Positions 37,787-47,805 of a stretch of DNA of 64,000 nt are shown here, piece after piece (the stretch's first letter is position 1; each line of letters starts with the position of its first letter). Below the pieces are notes generated by a model. It searched no databases, was not told the origin of the DNA, and worked only from the letters and a program-made list of their open reading frames with translations. Source of the stretch: a virus (taxonomy: Duplodnaviria > Heunggongvirae > Uroviricota > Caudoviricetes); the IMG/VR virus record IMGVR_UViG_3300021979_000001, positions 2,948 to 66,947 of that record. One strand, written 5' to 3'. The translations under genes were made by a program, and so were the position numbers.

Positions 37787-38713
37787 ATGAGTAAAGATTA
37801 TACAAAAGATGAAAATTTTATTAAAACGTTATCAAATATTGTAAATGGCGATGCCGATAAAATTCAAGATGTATTGTCTAAAATGTCAGTTAATAGTCTT
37901 ATGGAACTGATTGATTCAGTGATAGTTAATGATCCAAAATCGGCGCGAGAACTATATCTTGATGCCACAAACAATCTTAAAACCGAAAGTATTAATGTTA
38001 TGCGTAGCAAAAAGCCGATTACTCAAAATAACTCACACAAAAAAACGTCAAAACGTAGCATGAATGAAAGTATTTTAGGCATGTCTAGCATGCCAAATCT
38101 TGATCGTTTGCGCAAATTGTCCGGTATGCGTGAAAGTGATTATGAAACTGATTTAGATGGTGACGTTGGTAATGATTTCGATAGTGACACTATTGATGCC
38201 ACTCCGATCCCAATGTCGGATAATAAACCATCTTTGCCGCCTGTTGATGATTATGAAAATACTGATTTTGATGATATGTTCCCGGTTGAAGAACCAAGTG
38301 CATTTGTGGATACCAGCAATGTCATTAGCGACGTTGAACAACTGATGGATCAACTTGAACAGAAAATTACATCAATTCCAGTTGGTGATTATAAAGCGGT
38401 CGTATCTAGATTGCGAGACATTCTTAATACTGCGGTTAATGTTGGTCGTGATAATCTTGTCGAAAATCGTAAATCACTCAAAGATGCCATGCACGAAAAT
38501 GATGACTCAATGTCAATTGGTAAAACGCGAACGGACGCGGTTAAATCTCTCCAAACGCGCATGGGTGATAAACCAGGTGATCGCCAGAAGGCAGAAAAAG
38601 CATTTGATAAACTGCGCAAAGATGGTGGTATAAGCATGAAAAATGGTGAATTTTCCATGAAAACCATGGGCGATGATGAATTTGACGCAGAAACATATAT
38701 TAACGATAAATAA
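37787..38713 (+). CDS. acidic low-complexity protein
   Basis: start MSKDYTKD preceded by AGGA; Asp/Glu-rich central region (DYETDLDGDVGNDFDSDTIDATPIPMSDN). Confidence 0.45.
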   Translation: MSKDYTKDENFIKTLSNIVNGDADKIQDVLSKMSVNSLMELIDSVIVNDPKSARELYLDATNNLKTESINVMRSKKPITQNNSHKKTSKRSMNESILGMSSMPNLDRLRKLSGMRESDYETDLDGDVGNDFDSDTIDATPIPMSDNKPSLPPVDDYENTDFDDMFPVEEPSAFVDTSNVISDVEQLMDQLEQKITSIPVGDYKAVVSRLRDILNTAVNVGRDNLVENRKSLKDAMHENDDSMSIGKTRTDAVKSLQTRMGDKPGDRQKAEKAFDKLRKDGGISMKNGEFSMKTMGDDEFDAETYINDK

Positions 38714-38744
38714 ATAAATAAAAAGAATACAATCGAATAAACTT

Positions 38745-38777
38745 AGTGGTGGCCGTTTTGGTCACCACTTTTTTTTG
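38745..38777 (+). terminator. rho-independent terminator
   Basis: agtggtggcc-gtttt-ggtcaccact followed by 8 T. Confidence 0.6.
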
Positions 38778-38860
38778 TTCTAATATGATTTCATTGATGA
38801 TTTAACCGGCAACTAATCCTGTTGCCCATCTGAATTACTGGGGGACAGACAATAAGTGAC

Positions 38861-39154
38861 TTACCCCGTATAAACACGTTCGCCCGTCTTAAAGTTGGTG
38901 TAGAATGGTTTCGTATTGTCGGCAATCAAGGATTTAACCTGATCCGCACAAAAATCACCAATTGGACGATTTGCAACTGACACCTTACGTAACCCTACCG
39001 CGAACACATCTATAATTGTGCCATCACTAAGGATTTCTACGTTATAACAACGTTCCTTGGATACATGCCCCATCTCACTATAAACCACCGCAAAACCACC
39101 AGTGGCATAAAATTTCGGGCGATATTCGGTGACGATGATATTTGGCGTCTTCAT
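38861..39154 (-). CDS. hypothetical protein
   Basis: start MKTPNIIVTEY with AAAGGG 6 nt upstream; the track ORF extends further to 39226. Confidence 0.4.
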   Translation of the reverse strand: MKTPNIIVTEYRPKFYATGGFAVVYSEMGHVSKERCYNVEILSDGTIIDVFAVGLRKVSVANRPIGDFCADQVKSLIADNTKPFYTNFKTGERVYTG

Positions 39155-39405
39155 AATGTTACCCTTTCGTAAATCAGCATTTGTAATATACACCCACAAT
39201 ATAAAATAGTCAACCAAAATATACATAAAAATATATAAACTAACAAAACATAACGCTAAAATAAAAGGTCAAGTAAACATATACACCCTGGTCGCGTATA
39301 TAACTGATATGTGGGGATCAACCATAAAGATATTGCTTTTTATGTGCGGTATGATGGATGATTGTCATTCGATCATAAATAAGTAAACCGTGTAATATTG
39401 GTATT

Positions 39406-39636
39406 ATGACAATGAGATATTTTGAAATCGCTAGTGGTATACGCATTGCGGTATCTAAAGATGAACAAAATTTAATCGATATGGCGTCGAATGGCCCAGT
39501 TCGGGAAGATGATCTTGATGCGCATCAAGTGGAATTGGCACATCGCCTTACATCCCGCGATATTTTGGTTCGTGATGAAACGGACAATGCAACGACATTT
39601 AAACTCAATTCAATGGATGACGTTTGGAGATTTTGA
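39406..39636 (+). CDS. hypothetical small protein (76 aa)
   Basis: intact ORF. Confidence 0.35.
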   Translation: MTMRYFEIASGIRIAVSKDEQNLIDMASNGPVREDDLDAHQVELAHRLTSRDILVRDETDNATTFKLNSMDDVWRF

Positions 39637-39637
39637 C

Positions 39638-40240
39638 ATGAACGACAATGAAATGGAACGATTCTTGCGGATCATCAATGGGGATATGTCGGTAAATACA
39701 TCCGAGGCAAAACCCACCAACCCCATTGGTGAAAATGATCCCGCATATATGCGTAATGATATGGTGCGTCTCATGTCTGGTCTTCGCGATGGTGTCCAGG
39801 AATTAAAGCAAGACGCGAAAACGGATCGCACCTTGCGCGAAGCCATCATCACGAAGCAAACAGATGCCGGTGTAAAAATTGGCGAATATGAAATCATTGT
39901 GCATGATGACGATGGACAAAAAAGTTTTGATGTCATGGAAAATGACACGTATTCGCTTATTGCGGCAGAAATGTCATTGTATGAAAGTGCCCATGCGATT
40001 GTTCGATTATTGAATTCTGGATTTTCAAAAAACTCGTCCAAAATAAACGAAATTGTATCACTTGATGAACAATATGGCCGGGGCCTGGCAGATGCCGTTA
40101 TTTGTCGGCATCGAGCAAAAAAGTTAAATGAAACCGGCCAATATGACCGAGCGGAAATTATGGAAATCCGATATGACTCCGCCAAAGTCCGGGCTTTAAC
40201 TGCACAAAATACTTTAGCACGATTAATCGAACGCATGTAA
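39638..40240 (+). CDS. hypothetical protein
   Basis: start at MNDNEMERF, directly after the upstream gene's stop. Confidence 0.4.
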   Translation: MNDNEMERFLRIINGDMSVNTSEAKPTNPIGENDPAYMRNDMVRLMSGLRDGVQELKQDAKTDRTLREAIITKQTDAGVKIGEYEIIVHDDDGQKSFDVMENDTYSLIAAEMSLYESAHAIVRLLNSGFSKNSSKINEIVSLDEQYGRGLADAVICRHRAKKLNETGQYDRAEIMEIRYDSAKVRALTAQNTLARLIERM

Positions 40241-40296
40241 ACACATTTTTTTTCACATCAGTAAAGTAGTTGTATAAATATAGTTAACTAAAACTG

Positions 40297-40575
40297 ATGG
40301 GGCTTGAAATGACACATGCACTGGATATGCTGAATAAGCTACTAGAAACACGTTTTGACATCTGCATTGATTATGATGTAGACGAGTTTTATTTACGTGA
40401 AATGCGGAATCATTATCAAGACAAACGCGAAAAATTGCTATACGAAATTGGCGAACCCGCAATTCTTGATGAAGATTACGCTAAAGCATCTATTGTCGTT
40501 GAAGCCATTAGAGTATACTTACGTGAAATTGCACCGACACGTCGAAACAAAAGACGTTCTCGTAAAAGGAAATAA
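40297..40575 (+). CDS. hypothetical small basic protein (92 aa)
   Basis: intact ORF with an Arg/Lys-rich C-terminal tail. Confidence 0.35.
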   Translation: MGLEMTHALDMLNKLLETRFDICIDYDVDEFYLREMRNHYQDKREKLLYEIGEPAILDEDYAKASIVVEAIRVYLREIAPTRRNKRRSRKRK

Positions 40576-40576
40576 T

Positions 40577-41503
40577 ATGTCTAAAAAAATCAAAGAAAGT
40601 GTTCGCTTCTTGATCGAAAGCGATCTTGATAGAGCCGAAGTTGTATTGGCCGCACAAGCGATGACCGATAAATTGCAAGATATGGCCGAAGACTTGGCGA
40701 AGATTGAAGCCAATGATTTGATGCCGATTCTGGACCCAATAAAGGAACAGTTCGGACCAGATGTTGCAACACGGTTCAATGATATTTCAACACAAAAACT
40801 GCGTGATGTAATTGAAATTCTTAAATCAGCAAAAGATTCCATATCAACGGAAATCATGCGAATGGAAGGGTCTATTGATGGCGATCCATTAAATGACATG
40901 AGTTTTGATGATACTGATACTGACAATACCGACAATACCGACAATATGACCGATATGGATGATACTGAAACCGGTGAGTTACCCGACGTTGATGATACCA
41001 GCGGAGAACCGGCACTAGATGGTGAACAGTCTGATGACATCAATGATCTTTTAAATGACATCAATGATGAATTGGATGACAATAATAATTCAGCAGGGCG
41101 GGCAAGAAAAGAAAGCATCGCATCTGGTGCAAACGCATTAATGGAATCAAAAAATCCAGATCGTTTGATTTACAATACCTTTTGCAAAAATATCGGAAAA
41201 GGGCGTTCAACTATTCAGATTATTGAAAGTGTTTCGCGTTATTTTGGTATTGATTCACGAGATGTTGTGCAAATTGTCAAAGAAGAAACAGAAAACAAAA
41301 AAAATGAAGATGGTAGCAACAAACAAAAATTAACATATGAAGATTGGATTTCCCAAGTAAATAAAATTGCAAAGACCAGATATGGGGTTGTCCCAGAAAA
41401 AGGTGAATACGGAATTTCAATGCTAAAATCGTATAATCATTTGATGTCGCCAACAGAATATGTTGACTGGTGGAATAATTTCGAAGACCTTGACCAACTT
41501 TGA
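40577..41503 (+). CDS. highly acidic protein with DTDTDNTDNTDN repeats
   Basis: start MSKKIKESV (ATG 40577); central block DDTDTDNTDNTDNMTDMDDTETGELPDVDDTSGEPALDGEQSDDINDLLNDINDELDDNNN. Confidence 0.45.
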   Translation: MSKKIKESVRFLIESDLDRAEVVLAAQAMTDKLQDMAEDLAKIEANDLMPILDPIKEQFGPDVATRFNDISTQKLRDVIEILKSAKDSISTEIMRMEGSIDGDPLNDMSFDDTDTDNTDNTDNMTDMDDTETGELPDVDDTSGEPALDGEQSDDINDLLNDINDELDDNNNSAGRARKESIASGANALMESKNPDRLIYNTFCKNIGKGRSTIQIIESVSRYFGIDSRDVVQIVKEETENKKNEDGSNKQKLTYEDWISQVNKIAKTRYGVVPEKGEYGISMLKSYNHLMSPTEYVDWWNNFEDLDQL

Positions 41504-41512
41504 TTTTGGGAA

Positions 41513-41537
41513 ATGGGTGGGTTAACAACCCACCCAT
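41513..41537 (+). terminator. terminator-like perfect hairpin (11-bp stem) without a strong U-tract
   Basis: atgggtgggtt-aac-aacccacccat. Confidence 0.35.
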
Positions 41538-41547
41538 TATTAATAAT

Positions 41548-41922
41548 ATGAAGTTAACCGATTTATTTGAAGATGATACTCACGATGTGACTGAAAATAT
41601 TATGAATGACCTAATGGATATTTTAACGCCATTGGTTGCACATGATATACCATACATCACAATACAACAGATCATTGATAAAATTGATGATTTAGATAGT
41701 GGCGTTGTCGTTGATCGCAATTTAGTCATGACACTGCTTGATCCTAATTATATCAAACTGATTAAAAAAATAGAAGGGGACAAAATTTATTTGACAACCC
41801 CGATGCCTGCGGCCCGATCTGTATCTGACAAGGATAAGGACAAGGAAACAAAAAAAATGAAGAAAACCGCAAAATCACAGGCGCAAAAATCAATAAAAAA
41901 CAGCGGTCCAGGTAAGCTATAA
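41548..41922 (+). CDS. hypothetical protein with Lys-rich C-terminus
   Basis: start MKLTDLFEDD, downstream of the hairpin. Confidence 0.4.
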   Translation: MKLTDLFEDDTHDVTENIMNDLMDILTPLVAHDIPYITIQQIIDKIDDLDSGVVVDRNLVMTLLDPNYIKLIKKIEGDKIYLTTPMPAARSVSDKDKDKETKKMKKTAKSQAQKSIKNSGPGKL

Positions 41923-42016
41923 TTTTTTCGTGCAAACACACAGTTTAATTTAGGTCTACGTCACCCCCCTATGTTAAATTAATATGGTAAACAAAAATTA
42001 ATTGTGTGGATTGCTC

Positions 42017-42700
42017 ATGTTTCTTAATTATAAGTTTAACTACCCATCTTTGCAAAGAGTTACCCACGCCAGCGGCGAACGGTATTATGTATGTCCATTG
42101 ACCGGTAGTCCATTGACCTCGGTTACAACCATCCTGTCAGCTACCGACGAAAATAAAGAGGCACTTGCTAACTGGCGAAAATTTGTTGGTGATGCAAAAG
42201 CAGATCGGGTCATCACCGAAGCCAGGAATAAGGGTAGTTTGATGCACGAAGACCTTGAACTGTTCGTGCAAGGGAAGCCAAGATCAACCGGCACAAACCT
42301 GATTCACAAAATGGCACGCAATATGGCAAACGGCATCATCAATGATTGTCTTTGTGATGTTGATGAAGTATGGGGATTAGAAGTCCCGTTATATTATCCA
42401 CAACTATATGCAGGGACAACCGATTTGGTTGGTGTTTATAAAGGCAAAGACGCCATTATGGATTACAAAACAACCAAGAAAATGAAGACAAAAAGCCAAA
42501 TCACTAATTATTTTTGCCAGGGTGTGGCTTATGCTATTGCACACAATCTTCATTTTGAAACGAATATATCAACTGTTGCTATCTTCATGGTTGATTCCAA
42601 TAACTTCGCAACAACATTCGAGATTACTGGTAGTGAGTTTGAACATTATGCAGAAATTTTTCTTAAAAAGCTAAATCAGTTTGGTGTTCTGGTAGACTAA
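42017..42700 (+). CDS. PD-(D/E)xK family nuclease (Cas4/RecB-like fold), putative
   Basis: GTTDLVGVYKGKDAIMDYKTTKK fits the D...(D/E)xK signature; start uncertain (track starts at 42002). Confidence 0.4.
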   Translation: MFLNYKFNYPSLQRVTHASGERYYVCPLTGSPLTSVTTILSATDENKEALANWRKFVGDAKADRVITEARNKGSLMHEDLELFVQGKPRSTGTNLIHKMARNMANGIINDCLCDVDEVWGLEVPLYYPQLYAGTTDLVGVYKGKDAIMDYKTTKKMKTKSQITNYFCQGVAYAIAHNLHFETNISTVAIFMVDSNNFATTFEITGSEFEHYAEIFLKKLNQFGVLVD

Positions 42701-42732
42701 ATAAACAGTAACAATAACAATCGGTTGATCAT

Positions 42733-43434
42733 ATGGCAGAAATAATCATTAGTAAAATTCAGTTGAGGAAAGGATCAGAGTTAGATTTACCTGGTGCCCC
42801 GACTAATATCGATCCAATTGAATTTTCAGATGGCCTTGATGTGGCAGAACTCGCCTTCACGTCAGATAGTGGGAGATTGTTCATTGGGCATGATCCCGAA
42901 CAAGGACAACCTAATTTTGAACGCAATGTTTTTCCTTATCAAAACATTGAAGTATTGACGGAAAACAGTCAACAAACCTTACAAAATATGGTCAATGTGT
43001 TTAATCGCAAAACAACACAGGATTCATTTTATGTCACCGATTTAAGTATTAGTTCTGATCCAGAAAATGGATATATTAATGTTGCATATAATGGTGCCAT
43101 CACGATTTTTGAGGATGCAGATCGGGTATCTGTTATGATAGAATATTTTATCACTACGATGTCTGGCCTACCATTCCGTCATGGTAAATTATCAATCATG
43201 CATGATGGTTCAACCAATGAACCACAAATTCACGATGATTATAATGATTTTCGATCAATGGATGGTGATATTGATGATGGTGTTTTATATGCAGATGAAA
43301 TTTATGGTCATTCCTTTAGATTTCGATCACAATATGATACCAATAGTTCAACGCCGTATGTTACTTTTGAATACCTGAATAATTCGGGCGAACCTCTCAA
43401 AATGGCATATCGTATAACTCATGTAATTTTATAA
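42733..43434 (+). CDS. hypothetical protein with a tail-fibre-like N-terminal motif
   Basis: ISKIQLRKGSELDLPGAP...GLDVAELAFTSDSGRLFIG resembles the conserved N-terminal domain of many phage fibre/spike proteins. Confidence 0.3.
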   Translation: MAEIIISKIQLRKGSELDLPGAPTNIDPIEFSDGLDVAELAFTSDSGRLFIGHDPEQGQPNFERNVFPYQNIEVLTENSQQTLQNMVNVFNRKTTQDSFYVTDLSISSDPENGYINVAYNGAITIFEDADRVSVMIEYFITTMSGLPFRHGKLSIMHDGSTNEPQIHDDYNDFRSMDGDIDDGVLYADEIYGHSFRFRSQYDTNSSTPYVTFEYLNNSGEPLKMAYRITHVIL

Positions 43435-43456
43435 CTCTTTAGTCTATAGGTGTTCT

Positions 43457-43900
43457 ATGAATCCCTTTTTACTCTCGTCCGCTGCACGCCTGGCGGACTG
43501 GAAACAATTTCGTATTGCCTTATCAAATTTCCCAGAAAATGAACAGCTTGAAAAAGTTGCTGCATATTGGTCTGATGCCCCTTTACTGGTGATAGCATGT
43601 GACCCTGAAACACCCGAAAATTGGTTGACGCCATGGGAAATGATTTCCCAAAATGAATGGTGTCGCAAATCGATTGCAATTGGAATGGAATTCACTTTGC
43701 GCCTTGCTGGGTGGGATTCTAGCCGTATGCAATTGAAAATGATACGAGATTACGAAGTATCCGATTTCTTACTTGTTTTAGAAATTGACGGTAAAGTATG
43801 GTTAAACTATAATTACGGCAACGTGTCGCAAATACCATCATCACATTTTGATGAAGTTACAAAAATTCAGTTTGAAAAGAGAAAATATGTGAAATTGTAA
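43457..43900 (+). CDS. hypothetical protein (147 aa)
   Basis: intact ORF. Confidence 0.4.
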   Translation: MNPFLLSSAARLADWKQFRIALSNFPENEQLEKVAAYWSDAPLLVIACDPETPENWLTPWEMISQNEWCRKSIAIGMEFTLRLAGWDSSRMQLKMIRDYEVSDFLLVLEIDGKVWLNYNYGNVSQIPSSHFDEVTKIQFEKRKYVKL

Positions 43901-43933
43901 AGCTAAATAACTGTCCCAAATAATAGAAATAGA

Positions 43934-45673
43934 ATGGTAATTAAGGATATATCTATGCAAGTTAAGAAACGAAATGGTTCAATGGAGCCAGTAAATCTCG
44001 ATAAAATTGTTAAATCCATTGAAGCGGTAGCAACGGGCCTGGACGGGGTTGATGTTTTCCGAATCGCGCAGAAAACCGTTGGTGGACTAGTTCATGGTGT
44101 TACCACACGTGAACTCGATATGTTTTCAATTCGAAACGCGGCTGGGTTGATTATCGAAGACCCCGTATATTCCAAAGTCGCGGCCAGAATCATGCATAAC
44201 GTCATTTCCAAAGAAGTATCAGGACAAGATATTCAATCTTTTTCACAATCAATCAGTCTTGGTTACGAAATGGGGTTGATTGATGAACAAACATATAATC
44301 TGGTTATGAATAATAAACGCAAGTTAAATGCGTCTATTAAAACCGAACGTAGTGATTTATTTGAATTTCACGGAATCATCACTGTTTATGATAGATACCT
44401 GTTGAAGCATCGTGATTTGATGGCTGGCTCTGGGACGGATCGTCGTCGGGCAGTAATTGAAACCCCGCAATATTTCTTCATGCGTGTCGCTTGTGGTTTG
44501 GCGAATGATGCGAAAGAAGCAGTTGAACTGTATAATCTGGTATCATCGCTTGAATATATGACATCAACACCGACATTGTTTAATTCCGGGACATCACATA
44601 CGCAAATGTCGTCCTGCTATCTGCTTGATAGCCCGAACGATGATTTGCAGGATATTTATAAACGATATTCGGATATTGCCTCCCTATCAAAATTTGCGGG
44701 TGGCATTGGTGTGTCTGCTAGTCGCATTCGGTCTAAAGGTTCCCCCATTAAGGGCACAAACGGTCGTTCAAACGGTATCATTCCATGGTTACACACCCTG
44801 TCTGGATCAGTTGGGGCAGTCAACCAGGGCGGCAAGCGCAAAGGTGCTGCATGTGTTTATCTTGAACCACACCATGCTGATGTAATGCAGTTTTTGGAAT
44901 TGCGTGACCAGACGGGTGAAAAAGAACGTCGTGCCTATAACCTTAACATTGCAAATTGGGTATCTGATTTGTTTATGTCACGCGTCAAGAATGATGAAAT
45001 TTGGTCATTGTTTGATCCGGCTGATGTTCCAGAACTGGTTGATCTTTATGGTGATGAATATACCAAACGGTATCTTGAACTTGAAGAACAGGGAAAATTT
45101 GTTGAACAGATTAGCGCACGAAAAATTTATGCGCGAATGATGCGCACCCTGGCAGAAACCGGTAATGGTTGGATGTGCTTTAAAGATACATCCAATAATC
45201 GCGGGAATCAGGTGGGCGAGGGACGCTCGATCAAGCTGTCAAACCTTTGTTTTGCCCCAGATACCATCATTCATGCAAAACTGGGTGATAAGGTAATGGA
45301 CATTGAAATCAAGGCATTAAGTGATTATTTCAGCGTTGGTATTCCGGTTCAGGTTTGGTCGTTCAACGAAGAAACACACGAAATGGAATGGAAAAATGTG
45401 GTGAATGCCGGATTGACCAATCCTGATGCGGAATTGATGGAAATCGAAACACCATCCGGTAAAATAATTCGTTGCACGGAAGATCACCCCATGCTGACTG
45501 AACGCGGGTGGGTTAATGCTGGCGATCTAACCGAAGACGACTCTCTTGTTGAAGTTGATACCACGCAAGAAGTGCATAAATTCGAACATTGGAATAAAGA
45601 TAAACACATGGTAACCGAAATTATCATGGATCATCTTTATTCCAAAAATAAAAAAACCAGCGTCATTATGTAA
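43934..45673 (+). CDS. nrdA: class I ribonucleotide reductase alpha subunit, N-terminal fragment, ending in a split-intein N half (IntN)
   Basis: ATP-cone/NrdA-like sequence up to ..IKLSNL, then CFAPDTIIHAKLGD...GKIIRCTEDHPMLTERGWVNAGDL (Hint N-blocks, DnaE IntN-like), then a stop. Confidence 0.75.
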   Translation: MVIKDISMQVKKRNGSMEPVNLDKIVKSIEAVATGLDGVDVFRIAQKTVGGLVHGVTTRELDMFSIRNAAGLIIEDPVYSKVAARIMHNVISKEVSGQDIQSFSQSISLGYEMGLIDEQTYNLVMNNKRKLNASIKTERSDLFEFHGIITVYDRYLLKHRDLMAGSGTDRRRAVIETPQYFFMRVACGLANDAKEAVELYNLVSSLEYMTSTPTLFNSGTSHTQMSSCYLLDSPNDDLQDIYKRYSDIASLSKFAGGIGVSASRIRSKGSPIKGTNGRSNGIIPWLHTLSGSVGAVNQGGKRKGAACVYLEPHHADVMQFLELRDQTGEKERRAYNLNIANWVSDLFMSRVKNDEIWSLFDPADVPELVDLYGDEYTKRYLELEEQGKFVEQISARKIYARMMRTLAETGNGWMCFKDTSNNRGNQVGEGRSIKLSNLCFAPDTIIHAKLGDKVMDIEIKALSDYFSVGIPVQVWSFNEETHEMEWKNVVNAGLTNPDAELMEIETPSGKIIRCTEDHPMLTERGWVNAGDLTEDDSLVEVDTTQEVHKFEHWNKDKHMVTEIIMDHLYSKNKKTSVIM

Positions 45674-45817
45674 GTATTGTGGTAAAAATCCGGTAGGTCG
45701 TAATAAAACATCATATCGAAAATGTTGCGACCTGCCGGAATTTAAATGAAATATACAACTATGAAGTTAAATGTGCAAATGATGTTTCATTTGAACATAT
45801 ATGAAAGGCTAAAATAA

Positions 45818-47092
45818 ATGGCATTAAAAATTCGTCGCACCGGAGAAAGAAGTCCGGTATATGATTTGCATGTTGCAGATAATCACACGTTCGTAGCGGA
45901 TGGTCATATTGTCCATAATTGCACCGAAATTTTAGAAGTCACATCATCTGGTGACAAGTTAAAAATGAGTCGTGAACAGATTGCGGCCTTAACCAAAGAT
46001 GACATGATTAAGGACAATATCCGTGTTGTTGGCTTTGACCATAAGACTGATCAATTTGAAGTCATTAAGGGAATGGAAACTGCGGTTTGTAATCTTGGCT
46101 CGATTAACCTGTCTCGTGGTTATGTCAAGGCTGGCAAACTCGACAAAGTAAAGTTGCGAAAGAATGTTGCAATTGCGGTTAAATATCTTGATCGCGTTAT
46201 TGATCGTAATTTTTATCCAATCCCGGAAGCAGAATCATCGAATGATCGGTGGCGTCCAATTGGACTTGGATTGATGGGTCTGGCGGATTTCTTCTTTCAG
46301 ATTGGATTACCATTTGGCAGTGATGAAGCAATTAAATTGTCTGGTGAGATTCAGGAAGAAATTTATTATCAGGCATTGGTGACATCTAACGAATTGGCAA
46401 AAGAACATGGCCCACATCGTGATTTCGATTTAACACGGGCGGCCAAAGGAGAATTACAATTCGATTTGGCGGGCGTAGAAGTGGCCGACAAAGAGCGTTG
46501 GGATGATCTTAAGGCATCCATCATGGAACACGGCTTACGCAACTCCTTGGTCATTGCAATCGCTCCCACGGCCACTATTAGTCATATCGTTGGGGCCGAA
46601 GAATGCATTGAACCAATCAAGTTTAATTTGATGAAACGCGAAACCTTGTCCGGTGAATTTATTTCGATCAATAAGTATTTGGTTCGTGATCTGAAAAAAC
46701 TTGGGCTATGGGATGAACGCATGCGATCATTGCTAACACGAGAAAATGGTTCGGTCCAAAACTTGCCGGTTCCTGATGAAATCAAAGAACTCTATAAAAC
46801 AGTTTGGGAAATATCACAGAAAGACATCATCGCCCATGCTGTTGCTCGTGGTGCCTTTATTGATCAAAGCCAGTCTCTCAATCTGTTCCTGGACTTGACC
46901 AAACATGCACCGGATAAGCGCATCGGTGTTGTATCAAAACTTTATATGCATGCATGGGAAATGGGTTGCAAAACAACTTATTATTTGCGCACACGATCAG
47001 GAAGTCAGATTGAAAAGGTGACGATTAACAGTCAGTCATCTGCCCCTGCGGCGGCACCGGAAAATCCAGATATTTGTGAAAGCTGCACCTAA
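45818..47092 (+). CDS. nrdA: split-intein C half (IntC, 35 aa) fused to the RNR alpha C-terminal fragment
   Basis: MALKIRRTGERSPVYDLHVADNHTFVADGHIVHN followed by CTEI..; own RBS GAAAGG 9 nt upstream of the ATG; NrdA C-terminal region with the C-terminal Cys pair. Confidence 0.75.
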   Translation: MALKIRRTGERSPVYDLHVADNHTFVADGHIVHNCTEILEVTSSGDKLKMSREQIAALTKDDMIKDNIRVVGFDHKTDQFEVIKGMETAVCNLGSINLSRGYVKAGKLDKVKLRKNVAIAVKYLDRVIDRNFYPIPEAESSNDRWRPIGLGLMGLADFFFQIGLPFGSDEAIKLSGEIQEEIYYQALVTSNELAKEHGPHRDFDLTRAAKGELQFDLAGVEVADKERWDDLKASIMEHGLRNSLVIAIAPTATISHIVGAEECIEPIKFNLMKRETLSGEFISINKYLVRDLKKLGLWDERMRSLLTRENGSVQNLPVPDEIKELYKTVWEISQKDIIAHAVARGAFIDQSQSLNLFLDLTKHAPDKRIGVVSKLYMHAWEMGCKTTYYLRTRSGSQIEKVTINSQSSAPAAAPENPDICESCT

Positions 47093-47102
47093 TCACGAAA
47101 AA

Positions 47103-47134
47103 GGTGGTCGCCATTGTGCGACCACCTTTGTTTT
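47103..47134 (+). terminator. rho-independent terminator after nrdA
   Basis: perfect 9-bp stem ggtggtcgc/gcgaccacc with a 6-nt loop, followed by tttgtttt. Confidence 0.7.
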
Positions 47135-47147
47135 ATTGGAAAAAAGA

Positions 47148-47768
47148 ATGAATGATTTCACCGAATTTGATGAAAATTATGTAAATAATTTATCACAGCC
47201 GAAACCAGCATTATTTCATATTTTAGGTAAGTATGATACGTATCAAGAATATCGTATTAAAGCAAACGACTATAAATATATCAATATCGAAGCCCCATAT
47301 CGGCAGTATTTTGACAATTTGAACCAATTAAACCATTATTGGAAATTCAGTGGTTCCGAAGATATATCATATCAGCGATCTATTATATTAGTTGGAGAAA
47401 ATCAATTATTTGAGTCATTCATGGACATTTGTGCCGAGTTTGAAATTAGATATTTGGTTATTCTTCAACAAACTATATGTGGGACTACGTTCACATGCCT
47501 TGATGAAGATTTTCAAATCATAAATCCAAAAAACACAATATTGCTCAATCAATTAATAACTGCGCATAACTCATGGTTATTTGCGTATTCTATGAGTTGT
47601 AATTTCATTCATCGGTTATATTTTGCAGGCATATTTGACATAGTTTCGAGAGAAAAAATATACCAGGCATTGCCACATGATCAGACCATTGAATGTGATG
47701 ATATATGCGAAAACATGAAACAAAAACGATATTCTGAAATTCTACAACCATGGTTTACCACAGTATAA
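47148..47768 (+). CDS. hypothetical protein
   Basis: start MNDFTEFDENYV, downstream of the terminator; the track ORF starts inside the terminator. Confidence 0.4.
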   Translation: MNDFTEFDENYVNNLSQPKPALFHILGKYDTYQEYRIKANDYKYINIEAPYRQYFDNLNQLNHYWKFSGSEDISYQRSIILVGENQLFESFMDICAEFEIRYLVILQQTICGTTFTCLDEDFQIINPKNTILLNQLITAHNSWLFAYSMSCNFIHRLYFAGIFDIVSREKIYQALPHDQTIECDDICENMKQKRYSEILQPWFTTV

Positions 47769-47805
47769 ATGATAAATAAATGAAATATATTGGATTATTT
47801 ATACT

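Noticed and set aside
45674-45817. Gap between the two nrdA ORFs as a simple frameshift or sequencing error in a contiguous intein
   Set aside because: The downstream half starts with a proper GAAAGG-N9-ATG. Its first 35 aa form a canonical-length IntC ending HN|C. The upstream half ends with a complete roughly 100-aa IntN. An artefact cannot be fully excluded without reads, so this is flagged for checking.
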